Source: Mobula hypostoma
Taxonomy: Eukaryota
Direction of reading: 5' to 3'
NCBI RefSeq assembly: GCF_963921235.1
Contig: NC_086107.1
Location: 95,978,001 to 96,042,000 of the forward strand
DNA length: 64,000 nt
Positions within the stretch are counted from its first letter, which is position 1. Each line of letters starts with the position of its first letter. Below the pieces are notes generated by a model. The model was not told where the DNA came from, did no database searches, and worked only from the letters and a program-made list of their open reading frames with translations. The translations under genes and the position numbers were made by a program. Below, one piece after another: positions 1 to 13,603 of this stretch.

Positions 1-218
1 CCTTGAGCAAGGCACTTAACCACACATTGCTCTGCGACGACACTGGTGCCAAGCCCAATGGGTCCTAATGCCCTTCCCTTGGACAACATCGGTGGCGTGG
101 AGAGGGGAGACTTGCAGCATGGGCAACTGCTGGTCTTCCATACAACCTTGCCCAGGCCTGCACCCTGGAAACCTTCCAAGGCACAAATCCATGGTCTCAT
201 GAGACTAATGGATGCCTA
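1..218 (+). mobile_element. 3' part of a SINE/non-autonomous element with RTE-like tail region (truncated by window start)
   Basis: Starts with CCTTGAGCAAGGCACTTAACC, a SINE-core-like motif; its reverse complement resembles the repeats at ~6870-7405 and ~23225-23830. Confidence 0.45.
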
Positions 219-1110
219 TAAACCTCTCTGCAGAGGAGCCATGCATCCGCAGAGGGGGATGGTTCGTCTGCACCTTCCTGAAGTCCACAATGATTTCCTT
301 GGTCTTCTCCACATTCAGGGTTGGGTTGTTCTGAGACCAATCCACCAGTTGCTCCACTTGCTCTCTATACTCTGTCTTGATGCCTCAGAGATGTAACCAA
401 AGGGATCTCTGTACAATGACCATTTCAGGCCACAGCTGTGTTTCTTGGTGCGCCGTATTCCCTTGGTAAACGTTGGCAGCTTCTAATAGGCGCGGTAACT
501 GATTGAGGGATGCTGAGGAGCAGCTGAAGCTGAGTTTCTGCTGCAGTTCCTGTCTAGCTCTCTGTCTGCTGCCTCCTCGGTCCAGCCTTTTGGGCTGCGA
601 CAGTGACCGTGAAGGGAGGTGGTTTACAGAGAAAAAGTAAGTGGTCAGAATATCCAAGGTGGAGGTGAGTAGCTGCTTTATATCAGCCAGGTCTAATGTG
701 CCCCCACCTCTGGCAGCAAAGTCAACATCGTGATAGATTTTAAACAGGATTGTTTCTAAGTTAGCATGGTTGACATTGGCAGCAACAATAAAGAAACCGT
801 CAGCATGTGTGCCGTCGTAGACCTCAAGTAGCGCTTCCCCAACTTTAGCACAGAGGGGCTGTATACAGTCACAATGATGGTGAACCCCTTCGGTAAACAG
901 AAAGGCCAGCACCTCACCATTAAAATCTCCACCAGAGATGAACAGTGTGCCATCACTATGAAGCATTCACACTTTGCTGCTAGAGCTTGGGGCACATTAG
1001 ACCTGGTTGATACCAATATCTGTGGTACTTTCAAAGCAGCTTCTCACCCCCACCTTGGATACTCTGACCACTTACCTGTTATGCCAGTTCTTATTAACTT
1101 ACATAAACAG

Positions 1111-1190
1111 TCCTACCCCACGGATCTTACCAGAGATTGCGGAAGTTCTGTTGGCCTGAAAAGAGATGAAACCTTCTCTGGCCTCGTGCG
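1111..1190 (+). CDS. Candidate internal exon of unidentified host gene (SYPTDLTRDCGSSVGLKRDETFSGLV+CG)
   Basis: Acceptor ...ttacataaacag|TCC and donor CG|gtatcc; open frame; phase 0 in, phase 2 out, matching the exon at 4275. Splice sites only moderate. Confidence 0.4.
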
Positions 1191-1424
1191 GTATCCTGGA
1201 GCCATGTTTCCATTAGGAAGGGCACGCAGCAGTCTCATCTCATGCTGATTCAGTTGGAGACGCAGATACTCAGTTTACTCTCTAGCAATCTGACATTTGA
1301 AAGCAGAATCGATGGGTCAACTGGACTGTAGGGTTTCGCCTTTTGTCTTGCACAAATGCCAGCATGTTTACCGTGCTTCCGTTTCTGACACCTCTACCCC
1401 TGGTGGCACCATATGCAAAAACCC

Positions 1425-2005
1425 ATTATGCACAAAGGAGCAAATTAGGCCATTCTGCCCATTGAGTCTGCTCTGCCATTCCATCACAGCTGATTTATTA
1501 TCCCTCTCAACCCCATTCCCCTGCTTTCTCCCCTGTAACTTTTGACATTCTGACTAATCAGGAATCTATCAACCTCTGCCTTAAGTACATCCAATAACTT
1601 GGCCTGCACAGTCGTCTATGGCAATGAATTCCACAGATTCACCACCCTCTGGCTGTAGAAATTCCTCCTCATCTCTGTCCAAAATGGATGTCCATTTCTA
1701 ATCTGAGGCTGTGCCCTCTGATCCTAGACTCCCGGACTGTATGAAACATCCTCTCCACATCCACTCTACATTGGCTTTTCAATATGTGATGGGTTTCAAT
1801 GAGATTTCACCCCCCCCCCCCATTCTTCTAAACTGCAGAGAGTACAGGCCCAGAGCCATCAAAAACTCCTCAGACTTAACCTTTCATTCGTGGAATCATT
1901 CTTGTGAACGTCCTCTCCAATGTCATCACATCTTTTCTTAGAATAGGGGCCCAAAACTCCAAGTGCGGTCTGACCAATGCCTTATAAAGCCTCAGCATTA
2001 CATCC
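1425..2005 (-). mobile_element. CR1 LINE 3' fragment (decayed)
   Basis: Reverse complement resembles the CR1 ORF2 C-terminus/3'UTR of the better copy at 35855-37622. Confidence 0.75.
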
Positions 2006-2719
2006 TAAATAGCATCTTCACTATCCAGGAACTCGCTAGTGATGTAGACTTGCAGTATGTGGTGTTCTTAATATCCGGCAGTGTCTTGTGATCCTAAGAA
2101 AGAAGGAAGGGGTGAACATTTACTGCTTTAGTTGGAGCTGCAGTGGCTGCTGTGACTGGACGTGTCACCATCTTGGAGGGAACTGCAAGTGGTTTATCAA
2201 CCTTTACAACATCACACCTCGACCACAGTGACAGGAAGCCCGGCCTGTCCAATCTACCCTTGTATATAAAAACCTCCATTCCTGACAACATCCTGGTGAA
2301 TCTCTTCTGCATTCCCTCTAGCGCTGATACACCCTCCCTGTAGTGTGGTGACCAAGACTGAACACGATACTCATTTCAGGGAACTGTTGAGTTTACACTG
2401 GAAGATCTGTGTGTACAGATGCTGATTAAAGTCCCTGCCACTTGGTTTGAGACACCTCAGAGTGTCACCTCACACTTACTCCACCCTGCAATGTCCCACC
2501 AACTTTCCATTGATCTATGTCCCTCTACTGTTAGATCTTGTTTCTCCTTGACCATGACTCCACCAATTATCATGCTTTCGGGAAATGTACTAAACTGAAC
2601 CCCTACATTTATATAGTGAGTTTACAGGTAAAATCTACAGATGAATCACACATAAGTAAACAAACTAAGCTGAATTAATTAAATATTGTAAGATACAGAA
2701 CAGATTAACCAGTGGCACT

Positions 2720-3130
2720 TTGAATATAATGCGGCAGGGAGTTCAGAAGCCTAATGGCCTGGGGGAGGAATCTTTCCCATCCTGATCGTTCTTGTTTTAT
2801 GAATCACAGTCTCCTGCCTGAAGATAGAAAGTCAAAGAGGGTGCTGGGCGGATGGTGGAATCCTTAATAATACTAAGGGCCCTGCATACGCAATGCTCCT
2901 GATAAATGTCCCCGATGGATGGTAGGGAGGGGAGACTCCTATGATCCTCTTAGCCGTTCCCTCAGCCCTTTGTAAGGATTTCTGGTCCGACGCCCGGCTG
3001 CTCCCGTACCAGGTGGCGATCAATCCCTATGTACAGTCAATCACATCCTTCCAGTAGAATCCAAACCAGGAAGCAAACTACTGACCCTAGAACATCTTTT
3101 TTAAATCTTTCTAGTGCCGTTGTTAAGGAG
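2720..3130 (-). mobile_element. Rex1/L2-like LINE 3' fragment
   Basis: ORF 2832-3023 (IATWYGSSRASDQKSLQRAEGTAKRIIG) resembles the post-RT region of Rex1/Babar-like LINEs. Confidence 0.6.
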
Positions 3131-3274
3131 AGCATAAACCTCAGCGTTCTCCAGATTCACGCTGCACAGACCAGTGCCCGCCTGGCCATGGATGGCAGGA
3201 TGCAGGATGCGCAGGAGACCGCCTTCACCCAGAAGGAACTGATGGAAGACGTTCTGTGAGTACCATCCGCGGCC

Positions 3275-3960
3275 GTACGGCCCACTAACATCTGGCCAAT
3301 GCATGGCGTCCGGGACTGCCCCACTGACGTCTAGCTGGCATACTGTGCCAGTGACTGCTTCAACCAACACCTGGCTAATGTATCATATGTGGGACTGCCC
3401 CTGTTAACATCTGGCTACGCTACTGTGCCCTGGACAGCTGTTAACATCTGGCTACTCTACTGTGCCCCCCTGTTAACATCTGGCTACTCTACTCTGCCCC
3501 GGACAGCCCCTGTTAACATCTGGCTACTCTACTCTGCCCCGGACAGCTGTTAACATCTGGCTACTCTACTGTGTCCCGGACAGCACCTGTTAACATCTGG
3601 CTACTCTACTGTGCCCCGGACAGCTGTTAACATCTGGCTACTCTGTGTCCCTGACAGCCCCTGTTAACATCTGCTACTCCACTCTGCCCCGGACAGCTGT
3701 TTACATCTGGCTACTCTACTGTGTCCCAGACAGCCCCTGTTAACATCTGCTACTCCACTCTGCCCCGGACAGCTGTTTACATCTGGCTACTCTACTGTGT
3801 CCCAGACAGCCCTGTTAACATCTGGCTACTCTACTGTGCCCCAGACAGCCCCCACAAACATCTGGTTGATGTTCTGTATGTGGGGCAGCCCCTGCCAACA
3901 CCTGGCTGCCGCACTGTACCTGGGACAGCCGCCACTACCATCTGGCTGCTGAGGGATACC
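3275..3960. repeat. Minisatellite, ~36-43 bp unit CTGTTAACATCTGGCTACTCTACTGTGCCCCGGACAGC
   Basis: More than a dozen directly visible tandem units; homogeneous in the centre, degenerate at the edges. Confidence 0.95.
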
Positions 3961-4274
3961 TGGTAGCCTTCATGTGCCTCTTGTATGCGGGAGAGCCTGT
4001 AGTAATATGAGTCAGCTGTGCCCTGAGAACGTCACTCAGCTGTTACACAGAGGACCTCTGGGTGAGCTGGCTGAAGAGGGGGCGTGGGTGTGGTGTTCTG
4101 GGCTGACTAGAGAGTAGGAGAGGCTGCTTGTTTTGTTCCTGTCTGTGACTTGCCTGGTGGGCAGAGAGTGTAGTGTGCACCGACTCACAGCTATCACACA
4201 GAACAAACATTCCCCAAGTAATCCTGGGGACAGCGTCAGCTCAACAGCAGTCACAACGCCTCTACCTTCTGCAG

Positions 4275-4368
4275 GTCCCGAAGGAACGACGTGGAGCAGG
4301 AGGCGATCTATGAAAGTTGGGTGCAGTCCATGAGCCCTATTTACAGTGGTCTCAACCACCTCCAGCAG
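4275..4368 (+). CDS. Candidate internal exon (G+SRRNDVEQEAIYESWVQSMSPIYSGLNHLQQ)
   Basis: Polypyrimidine acceptor ctctaccttctgcag|G and donor CAG|gtaatc; open frame; phase 2 in, phase 0 out. Confidence 0.55.
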
Positions 4369-4739
4369 GTAATCAGACCCAGCATGCTGTTCTTTTCTTT
4401 CTCTCAGCAGGCGAAAGCCAGGCCCCATCTCAACAGTCCCACTGAACACTCCAGCCTGAGAAGGTATCGAAGGCAGGGATTGGTCAGGGTCTGTTGCTGG
4501 TAGATCTCATCAGCGTGATCAAAGTGAGTGTTTCAAAGAAGGAACAAAATCAACCAACCAGTGAAAACGGGCTTCCAGTGAGGCTGTTGGTAATGTCCTG
4601 CCTGGGAGGTTGGATCCACAGTTGCCATGGTAACCGAGGTCAAGGATGATAGTGGAGGGTTCCCTTTGCGATCACCTGTGTTCCTCGGGGATCGGTTTTG
4701 GGACTGTTATTGTTAATGCTTTGGATGTGAAAGTAACTT

Positions 4740-5180
4740 AGCAAATGTTAAGGAAATGAATGGTGGTGTTGGCACTGAGGATAATGTTGAGTCACAACAC
4801 TTGTGATTGGCTGGTAAAGTGGGCGAAGATTCAGTGGTTGGAATTTAATCCTGATTAGTGTGAGGTGATACATTTTTGGGAGGTGTATTAAGAGAGTATT
4901 AAAACCACAAATGCTAAGACCTGTACAAATCTACTGGTCCCTTGTAATGGCAACACAGGTGGTGCAGAAGTCTTACTGGATGTTGTCCTTCATTCACTAG
5001 AATGCAGAATATGATATCAGGGAGGTCGTGGTACAAAACGCTGGTTAAGACGTGACGGGAGCTCTGTGTGTAGTTCTGGTTACCACATTATGGAAAGGAT
5101 GTAACTGCCCTGGAGGGGGTGCAGAGGAGATTACCCAGAGTGTTGCCTGGGCTGGAGTGTTTCAGTTACGAGGAGAGTAA
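4740..5180 (+). mobile_element. Old CR1 LINE RT fragment
   Basis: Degenerate similarity to CR1 RT C-terminal DNA (tttaatcctgat..gtgtgaggtgatacattttt; gcagaggagattacc). Confidence 0.6.
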
Positions 5181-5224
5181 CCGGATGCATAGCAGTGAGA
5201 GGTTGAAAATGTCCTTGAATACTC

Positions 5225-5462
5225 CTGCTAGTTAGTTGGCACAGGTTTTCAGAGCCTTACCATTGGGACCTTCTGCCTTGCGAGGGTTCACTCTCTTTAA
5301 AGGCAGCCTAACATCAGCCTCTGAGACGGAGATCACAGGGTCATCAGGTGCAGCAGGGATCTTCACAGCTGTAGTTGTGTTCTCCCTTGCAAAGCGGACA
5401 TAAAAGGTGTTGAGTTCATCTGGTAGCGAAGCATCGCTGCCATTCATGCTATTGGGTTTCAT
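5225..5462 (-). mobile_element. Rex1/Babar-like LINE ORF2 fragment
   Basis: ORF LPDELNTFYVRF...VNPRKAEGPNG is the typical pre-RT segment (KAxGPDG motif) of Rex1-type LINEs. Confidence 0.75.
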
Positions 5463-5830
5463 GATCAGACTCCCCTGATGCCTGGAGTCCTCCTACACAA
5501 GCAGTTTCTAAAATCAGACCCAACCTGTGTGTGTGAAGAACAAGGAAGCTTGCCTGATTGCCTTGTGTAAACGGTCAAACAGTAAGCTCTTTGTTCCTGT
5601 CTGAGTACATTGTCGAAGCTCTTTGCTCAACAGGTAAGGTTTGAACTCCAGACATTGTCTACAGAAATACAGCAATGACGTGGACCAGCAGTGCTCAGTC
5701 ACACCAGTGCCCCTCTGGATCCAGTCAACATCCACAGCTGTCTGCCTCCTCTCCAGCTGTTTTGAGGCCCATACAGTTGTGAAGTGCAGGAAGCAAGTGT
5801 GGCTATAAACAAATCTTCCTCCTCTTCCAG

Positions 5831-5899
5831 GATAACGCGGCAACACATCCCGTGTATGAAGCAGTGCGCACCAAGGGAGACAGAGACTCAGTCGTTAAG
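5831..5899 (+). CDS. Candidate internal exon (DNAATHPVYEAVRTKGDRDSVVK)
   Basis: Strong acceptor tcttcctcctcttccag|GAT and donor AAG|gtaagg; 69 bp, phase 0/0, open frame. Confidence 0.6.
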
Positions 5900-6869
5900 G
5901 TAAGGAGACGGTCGAGCAGCCAACGCATGGGTTTCTGTGAACAGCCCGAGCCAGCAGGATTAGCCTGTTGGTTTGCTCGTGGCCGGGAACGTTGCCGTTA
6001 TTTCCCAGGCTGTTCAGAATTGTGAGAATGAGGTGCAGGCTCTGCTCCCGCACCCACCCCCGCCCCTGAGTCTGCCTTCCAATTCACAGGATCTTGCCTC
6101 AACGTTATTGTCCTGTCCTGCCCTGACACCCCTTTACTCCAATGCCCATCAGTGATGAATTCAATCAACAACTCAGCCACACAGCCTTCCAAAGATTTAC
6201 CACCCTGAATGAGGATGTTTCTCCTCCTTTCAATCGGACATGCCCTTTCCCTTCTGTTCCTCTTTCTAGATCTATAGCCTGAAAAATAACTTTTGTCTCC
6301 TCTCTGTCAAGCTCTCTGTGTATTGTTTTGACATCTTAATGGGGTCACCCTTCAGTGCTCTAAATTGCAGATGAGAAGGGGCCAAGCCAGTCCACTCCAC
6401 CATGACATGTGCACCAACCCACTCAATCCCCTTAACGCAAGTACGTCCTTCTTTGGTGAGATGTCCAAAACACTTCCAGGTGTGGTCTCACCAGTGTGCT
6501 GTACAACTGCTAATTATCCTTGTTTCTGCACTCACATCCTTTTACAATGAGCACAGTTTGCTTTCTACCCGTGTACTGCCCCCGTTAGTTACCTTTCAGT
6601 GATTTGCGAGGGAGGACACTCCTTTATACATCAATATCCCCAAGTCTCTCACCATTTGAAACGCTCAGCTGTTCCGTGTTTCTATCAATGGCTCACCCCT
6701 GCCATTACGTACTCCATCTGCAATCTTGTTGCTTGCTCATTCAGCTGACTTTATCCTCTTAGTGCCTCTTTCCTGCTCGTCACTACCAAACATCCCACTC
6801 AGTTACCCGCCATCAGCAAACTTGGAAATGTTACACTTGATTCCTTCAGCCGTCTGGTCTGAGGCCTCT

Positions 6870-7405
6870 GTCGGTCAGGGTTGACGGTGAATATTGCATC
6901 CCAGCTCTCTAGGTACACGAGCCAGGGCAGTACGATATGGAGGACAAGCTGTTACCTATGCGGCAAGTTCCCCCTCACCACGTATCTGACGAACCCAAAG
7001 GAACGGCAGAGACCGTTACAGTTTGGTATCAGTAGCCTCGCAGGAGTTGCCAGTCAGCTTTGAACTCAGTGTAGGGACTCCAGCTCTGGATTTTTCCCTC
7101 GCTGTTTACTCCCAAGCCTTCCCCATGAGTGGGTATAGCCACAAGGCAGCAGAGGTTTGAGATCAGACATTTCCTTCTCCTCGATGAGCTGCCATGGCTG
7201 ACGAGCTCCATCTGCCCTAAACGACTGGTTTTAAGGTGCCAGTAACCTGCCTTTGCCCTTTCTGTCAGAAGAAACAGTTCATCTGGGCTTAGTAGCTAAG
7301 CCACACGTGAAGGCAGGATCTGGACTTGGTTGTCAGAGGCTATTTGAGCCGCACGCCATTGGGAACATTTAATTGGGAATGGGAGCTTGTCCCCATTACC
7401 ACCCC
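6870..7405 (-). mobile_element. RTE-like non-coding repeat (family also at ~23225-23830)
   Basis: Clear similarity to 23225-23830 (tttactcccaaagcc..., actggttttaagg(t/c)gccagt, cacacgtgaaggc). Confidence 0.55.
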
Positions 7406-8519
7406 CTTCAGTTGTATTGTTATTGTAAATTGTGAATGATTTGGGTCCAAGCACCAGCCCTGCAGTATCCCACTTCACAGTCAGCTCTCATCCCACACCT
7501 AAAGGTCCCCTCCAGCCCACGTGCTCTTTGTTACGAGCCTCCTATGGGGGACATTACTGAAAACCTGAGTCCTTTGGTTTCTCCTCATCAACCCCACCAG
7601 GCCAGTCAAACTCATTCACTTCCATGCTGACTCCGCTGAATCAGGTGTATCAAATCAAATTCAAGTTTAATTATCATTCAACCAAACCTGAACGCAGGTG
7701 AATGAAACAGCGTTTCTCTGGGGCCAAGTGCGAAACATACACAGCACATCTAAAACAGCAAAAAAAAAAGTTGTGAAATTTGTAATACAGTAATAGTTTA
7801 AAAAACTATATTATAATAAATATAAATAAAAATTAAATAAGTTGTGCTAAAAGAGAAAGAACATATTGAGGTAATGTACATGGGTTCATTGTCCATTCAG
7901 AAATCTGGTGGCGGAGGGGAAGGAGCTGTTGCTGAAACGTTCAGTGAGTGTCTTCAAGCTCCTGTACCACCACCTTGATGGCAGCAATGAGAAGAGGGCA
8001 CGTCCTGGGGGCCTTTAATGATGGATGCCACCTTTTTAAGTCATTGCCCTTTGAAGATGTCCTGGATGCTGGGGAGACTGATGCCCATGATGGAGCTGGC
8101 TGAGTTTACAGCTTTCTGCAGCATTTCCGGTCCTGTGCTGTGGTGTCTCCACACCACACGGTGATGCAGCCAGTTGGAATGCTCTCCGTGGTACATCTGT
8201 AGAAATTTCCAAGCGTCTTTGGAGACATACTAAATCTCCTCAAACTCCTAAAGAAATGTAGCAGCTGTTGTACTTTCTATTCTTTCTTTTTCTTCTTCAT
8301 TTGCTTCTGTCACAAGATATTCTTTATTCTAGATTGCAACAGTTCCCCACTACAAGGCTCCAGTGGGTTCCTGTTTCCTCTCCCTCTTTTAGTCAGTATG
8401 GGGCTGGGGGAGGGTTACACCTGCTGCTGTCTGGCTGGGAACTTTTCCAGAGTCTGGAGAACTCTGGAAGGTACTAACCACTAACTTCGTTGTTACCTCT
8501 TTCGAACCTCTGGGGCTGA

Positions 8520-9635
8520 TTGGTGAGTTTGCAGGTGCAGAAAAACTGGTGGATAGTGAGGAAGATTGTCAGAAGTTTTAGCAGGACGTAAACAGTTTTG
8601 AAACTTGGGAGGAAATCTGGTAGATCAAATTTACACCAGGCACGGTGAAATGTTGCACTTTGGGAGGTCAAATGAAAGATTAAAGGAAACAGTAAATGGC
8701 AGAACCCTTGGGAACATTGATGTACTCGAGGTGCAAGCCTATAGTTCCCTGAAACTGGTTGTAAAGTAGTTTAGGGTTGTAAAGAAGGTGTGTGGCATGC
8801 TTCCTCCTTTGATTAGGGCATTGACTAGCCGCATAGTAGTTAGCACTGTGCTATGACAGCGCCAGAGACGCAGGTTCAATTCCTGAGGAGTTTATACGTT
8901 CTCCCTGTGACCACGTGGATTTCCTCCGGGTGCTCTGGTTTCCTCCCACAGTCCAAAGGCCATAGAGGTTATAGATTAATTGGTCACATGGGTGTAATTG
9001 GGTGGCATGGGCTCATTGGACCAGAAGAACCTGCTACCTTACTGTATCTCTTCATATCAATATATAAAAGTTGCAAAGTCGTGTTGCAGCTGTGTGAAAC
9101 TTTGGTTAGGCTGCACTGGGAGTACTGAGTCCAGTTCTGGCTGCCCCATTACAGGTGAGATGTGGAGGCTTTGGCAAAAGTGCGGAAGAGGTTCACCAGG
9201 ATGCTGCCTGGATTAGAGGGTATAACCTATCAGGAGAGGCTGGACAAACTTGGGTTGTTTTCTCTGGAGAGGTCGACACCTGTCAGAAGTTTACAAAATT
9301 ATGAGCAGTGTAGATAAAGTACGCAGTCAGAAACTTTCTCCCCTCCCCCAAGAATGGAAAAGTCAAACACTAGAGTGCTTAGGTTTTAGGTGTGAGGGGG
9401 AAGCTTTTAAGCAGATTTGTCAGGCAAGTTTTTACACAGAGTGGTAACTGCCTGGAATACACTGCCAGAGGACCTGATGGAAGCAGATGCTATTTCAAGA
9501 AGCAGCTAGACAGGCACACAAGCGGCAGAGAATGGAGGGATATGAATCGCGTGCAGGCAGATGGGCCAGAGTCTGGTGACACTGATAAGATGGGCTGAAG
9601 GGCCTGTTTTTGTGCTGTACCGTTCTACGTTCTAC
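8520..9635 (+). mobile_element. CR1 LINE 3' fragment interrupted by a SINE
   Basis: VVLQLCETLVRLHWEY and RFTRMLPG-like segments; CR1 3' end ggctgaagggcctgtt...ttctac. Confidence 0.75.
8826..9060 (+). mobile_element. tRNA-derived SINE (V-SINE-like)
   Basis: B-box-like GGTTCAATTCC plus central domain gtggatttcctccgggtgctctggtttcctcccacagtccaaag; inserted into the CR1. Confidence 0.7.
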
Positions 9636-11079
9636 TGATGTGTATCGGAACGCTTTGTGTTACCGCACTCTGCTTCTGCCGCACTCCTCTGCCCTGCTGT
9701 AGGAGGTCAGTCACCTCTGTACACCAATATTACACCTGCCCACTTTTCTGCTCAAGTACAAATATTTACATCTTGACCAATGAGGGATAAACTCTCTGCT
9801 TCTCGTAAGTGAGAGCATTCCGGTGGGCTGTGGTTCATTTGTTAATCATCGTCTCCAACACTGCACCTGAATGAAAGGGAACAGGTCCGACTTGTTTCAT
9901 CGGGCAGGGACATCTGATCCCCTCCGTGTTTCATACCAACTACGTCAGCATCCCACATGCCTTAAGAATGTCAACTTTGTTGTCCCCAGCAATTTGGCCA
10001 AGTAGCACAAACAGTTCTTTGTTCCCAGGGCAATCGGGCACTGTCCAGAGCAGGGGGTTCCCAACCTTTTTTATAATCATAGTCATACTTTACTGATCCC
10101 GGGGGAAATTGGTTATGCCATGGACTCTTGATTTTGAGGAATCCATGCACGTCCCCGACTTGCGCCTTTTAACTCATTTGAGGGATCTAGGCTTCACAGA
10201 CTGAGCCAGCATTAATTGCCCATCCCTAGTTAGAACATAGAACAGAAATCTACAGCACATTTCAGGCCCTTCGGCCCACAATGTTGTTCTGACCATGTAA
10301 CGTACTCTGGAAACTGCCTAGAATTTCCCTGCTGCACAGCCCTCCATTTTTCTAAGCTCCATGTACCTATCTAAGAGTCTCTTAAAAGCCTATTGTATCC
10401 GCCTCTACCACCTTCTCTGACAGTGCATTCCACGCACCCACCACTTACTGTGTGAAAAAACTTACCCCTGACATCCCCTCTGCACCTACTTCTAAGCACC
10501 TTAAAACTATGCCCCCTTGTGTTAGCCATTTCAACCCTGGGAAAAAGCCTCTGGCTATCCACACAATCAATGCCTCCCATCATCTTATTAAGTTCTCCTT
10601 GAGAAGACGGTGGGTGCTGCTTTCTCAAAATCGCTGAAGTCTATGAGGTGTGGATACACCTACAGTGCAGTTAGGGAGGCAGATCCAGGATTTTGACACA
10701 GTGACGGTGAAGATATGGCAATATATTACCAAATCAGAATGCCGTGCTGTTTGGAGGGCGTCCTGCAGACAGTACAAACTGCTGCTGCCGTGCGTCAGTG
10801 GTGGAGTGAGTGACTGGTTGTGGATGGGGTGCAGTCCGACTGGGCTGCTATGTCCTTTCTGGGGTTGGGTGTCTTGAGTGTTGTTGATGCTGCACTTGTC
10901 AAGTGAAGAGTGTGCCATCACACTCCTGATACAACCCTGTAGATGGTGGACAGGTTTTGAGGAGTTAGGAGGTCAGTTACTTGCCACAAGTTTCCCCAGC
11001 CTCTGACTTGCTTTCGTAGCCACGTTGTGAGGCTCCTCCAGGGTCAGGTTTTGGTCAATGGTAGCCCCAGAATCGTGCT

Positions 11080-13370
11080 ATAAGACTTAGGAGCAGAATG
11101 AGGCCATTCAGCCCATCGTTCTCCTGCCTTATCCTCATAAACCTTTGACACCCTGACTAAACAAGAGTCTGTCATCCTCTGCTTTAAATGCACCCAATGT
11201 CTTGGCCTCCACAGCTATATGTGGCGATAAGTTCCACACATTCATCAGCCTCTGGCTAAAAAAAATTGCTTCTCATCTCTGTTCTAAAGGGACGTGCTTC
11301 TATTCTGAGGCTGTGCCCTCTGATCATAGATTCCCCCATTAATAGAAACACCTTCTCCCTGTCCACCCTACCTAGGTCTTTCAACATTTAATAGGTTTCA
11401 ATGAGATCCCCACCCTCCCCCTCATCACAGCAAATACAGGCCTAGAGCCATCAAATGCTCCTCATGGGATCATTCTTGTGAGTGTCCCCAGGGCCTCCTC
11501 TAACGCTAGCACATCTTTTAGATAAGAGACCCAAAACTGCTCACAGTACTCCAAGTGCAATCTGCTTTAAATGTAAGCCTCAGCATTACATTTATTTTGT
11601 TTATATTCTAGTCCTTTTGAAACGAATGCTAACATTGCATTTACCTTCCTTACTATCGACTCAACCTGCAAGTTAACTTTAAGGGAATCCTGCACTCAAA
11701 CTCACAAATCCCTGTGCACGTTTGATTTCTACAGCTTTATTTTTTCTACCGAAGTGCATCACCTTACACTTCTGTGTGGTACATTCCATCTGCCACATCT
11801 GTCCAAGTCCTTCTGCAGACCTCTGCCTATCTGTGTATGGTCCACAGACCTGGCCACAGAGCTATCAACTCCAACATGCAGATTATTGGCGTATAATGTG
11901 AAAAGAGGTGTTCCCAACACAGACCCCCGTGGACCACCACTGGTCACCAGCAGCCAACCAGAAAAGGCTCCCTTTACTCTCACTCTTTGCCCCCTGCCAG
12001 TCAGCCAATCTTCTGTCTCTGCTAGTATCTTTCCTGTAATACCCTGGGCTCTTATCTTCTTTTGCAGCCTCACGTGCAGCACCTTGTCAAGGGCCTTCAG
12101 GAAATCCAAGTAAATGACGTCCACTCCCTCCCTCTCCTTTGACTATCCTGCCTGTTATTTCCTCAAAGAATTCCAACAGATTTAACAGGCAAAATTTTCC
12201 CATCAGGAAACTAGGCTCACCTTAGCCTATTTTGTCATCTCCCTCCAAGTATCTGGAAACCTTATCCTTGATAATGGGTCTCAAGTCAGGCTAACTGGCC
12301 TATAGTTTCCTGTCTTTCGCCTGTCTTCCTTCTTAAAGAGTGGAGTGGTGTAGTATATAGATTCCAGAATGTTCTAGAGTCCTCTAGAACATTCTGGAAT
12401 CTATATACTAATTCTTACACAATCTCTTCAGCCACCTCTTTCAGAACCCTGGTCGAGGTGACTTGTCTACCTTCAAACCTCTCAGTTTCATAGCACTTTC
12501 TCTTTGGTCATAGCGACTCCACTCACTTCTGCCCAATGACACCCTTGAATTTCTGGTGTACTGCTGGTGGTTTCCACAGTGAAGACTGGCACAAAATACT
12601 TATTGAGTCTGTCCACCATTTCTTTGTTTCCCCCATTGCCACCTCTCCGGCGGTCCAATAGTGTCTCCCTTTTACCCTCTATATATCTGAAAAAAACTTT
12701 TAGTATCCTACTTTATATTATTGGCTAGCTTGCCCTCCTATTTCATTTTTTTCTCCTTATTGCATTTTTAGTTGCCTGATATGTTTTTTAAAAGCCTCCC
12801 AATCCCCTACCTTCCCACTAATTTTTGCTATATTGTATACCCTCTCTTGCTTTTATGCGCCTTTGACTTCCTTTGTCAGCTACAGTTGCCTCATCCTCTC
12901 TTTTGAATACTCTTCTTCATTGATATAAACCTATCCTACCTTCTGAATTGCTCCCAGAAACTCCAGTCATTGGTGCTCTGCCATCAACCCTACTAGTGTC
13001 TCCTTGCAGTCAACTCCAGCTAGCTCCTCTCTCATGCCTCTGTAATTCCCTTTACTCCACTGTAATACTGATACATTTGACTTTATCTTCTCCCATCTCA
13101 AACTGCTTCTCCTTCTTAAATTGCAATGTGAGTTCTATCATATTATGATCACATAAGAGTTCTTTTATATTAAGTTTTTTATTCAGATATGGTTCATTAC
13201 ACAACACCAATCCAGAATTGCATTTTCCCTAATGGTCTCAAACACAAGCTGCTCTAAAAAGCTGTCTTGTGGGAATTCTACGATTTCTCTCTTTTTGGGA
13301 TCCAGCACCAACCTAATTTTCCCAATCTTCCTGCATATTGAAATCCCCCATGACTATTGTAACATTGCTC
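11080..13370 (-). mobile_element. CR1 LINE, ~2.3 kb decayed ORF2 and 3' end
   Basis: ORF 11759-12124: DVIYLDFLKALDKV...VTSGGPRGSVLGTPLFTLY (RT motifs); CR1-type tail near 11085. Confidence 0.85.
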
Positions 13371-13384
13371 TTTTTAGATATGTG

Positions 13385-13492
13385 TCAGATGCTTATTCAT
13401 TTCCATAGAAACTGCCTGACCTGCTGAGCTCCTCCAGCATTTTGTGTGTGTTGCTCTGAATTTCCAGTATCTGCTGAACCTCTTGTGTTTAT
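13385..13492 (+). mobile_element. Penelope-derived short fragment
   Basis: ctgcctgacctgctgagctcctccagcattttgtgtgtgttgc..tttccag shared with the 21973, 39041 and 50721 elements. Confidence 0.65.
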
Positions 13493-13603
13493 GATGGCCT
13501 GTTCTTGTTGAAAAAGGTTAACTGTAGATGATATAGAATCCTACAAATTCCCCTCCTTGCGTTTATCCACCTACTGACTGCATGCACATCTCTCTGTTTC
13601 CAG

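Noticed and set aside
385..966. 193-aa ORF as a host gene
   Set aside because: Overlaps a decayed LINE endonuclease-like fragment (GGDFN, DGFFIVAA..NHANL); not a coherent protein.
3275..3960. CRISPR-like appearance of regularly spaced repeats (also 28575-28995 and 38357-38675)
   Set aside because: Units are contiguous tandem copies without unique spacers; eukaryotic context and no cas genes.
4411..4463. Extra exon after 4368 (acceptor tttctctcagcag, donor AAG|gtatcg)
   Set aside because: The intervening intron would be only 42 bp and the exon would break the phase match with 5831.
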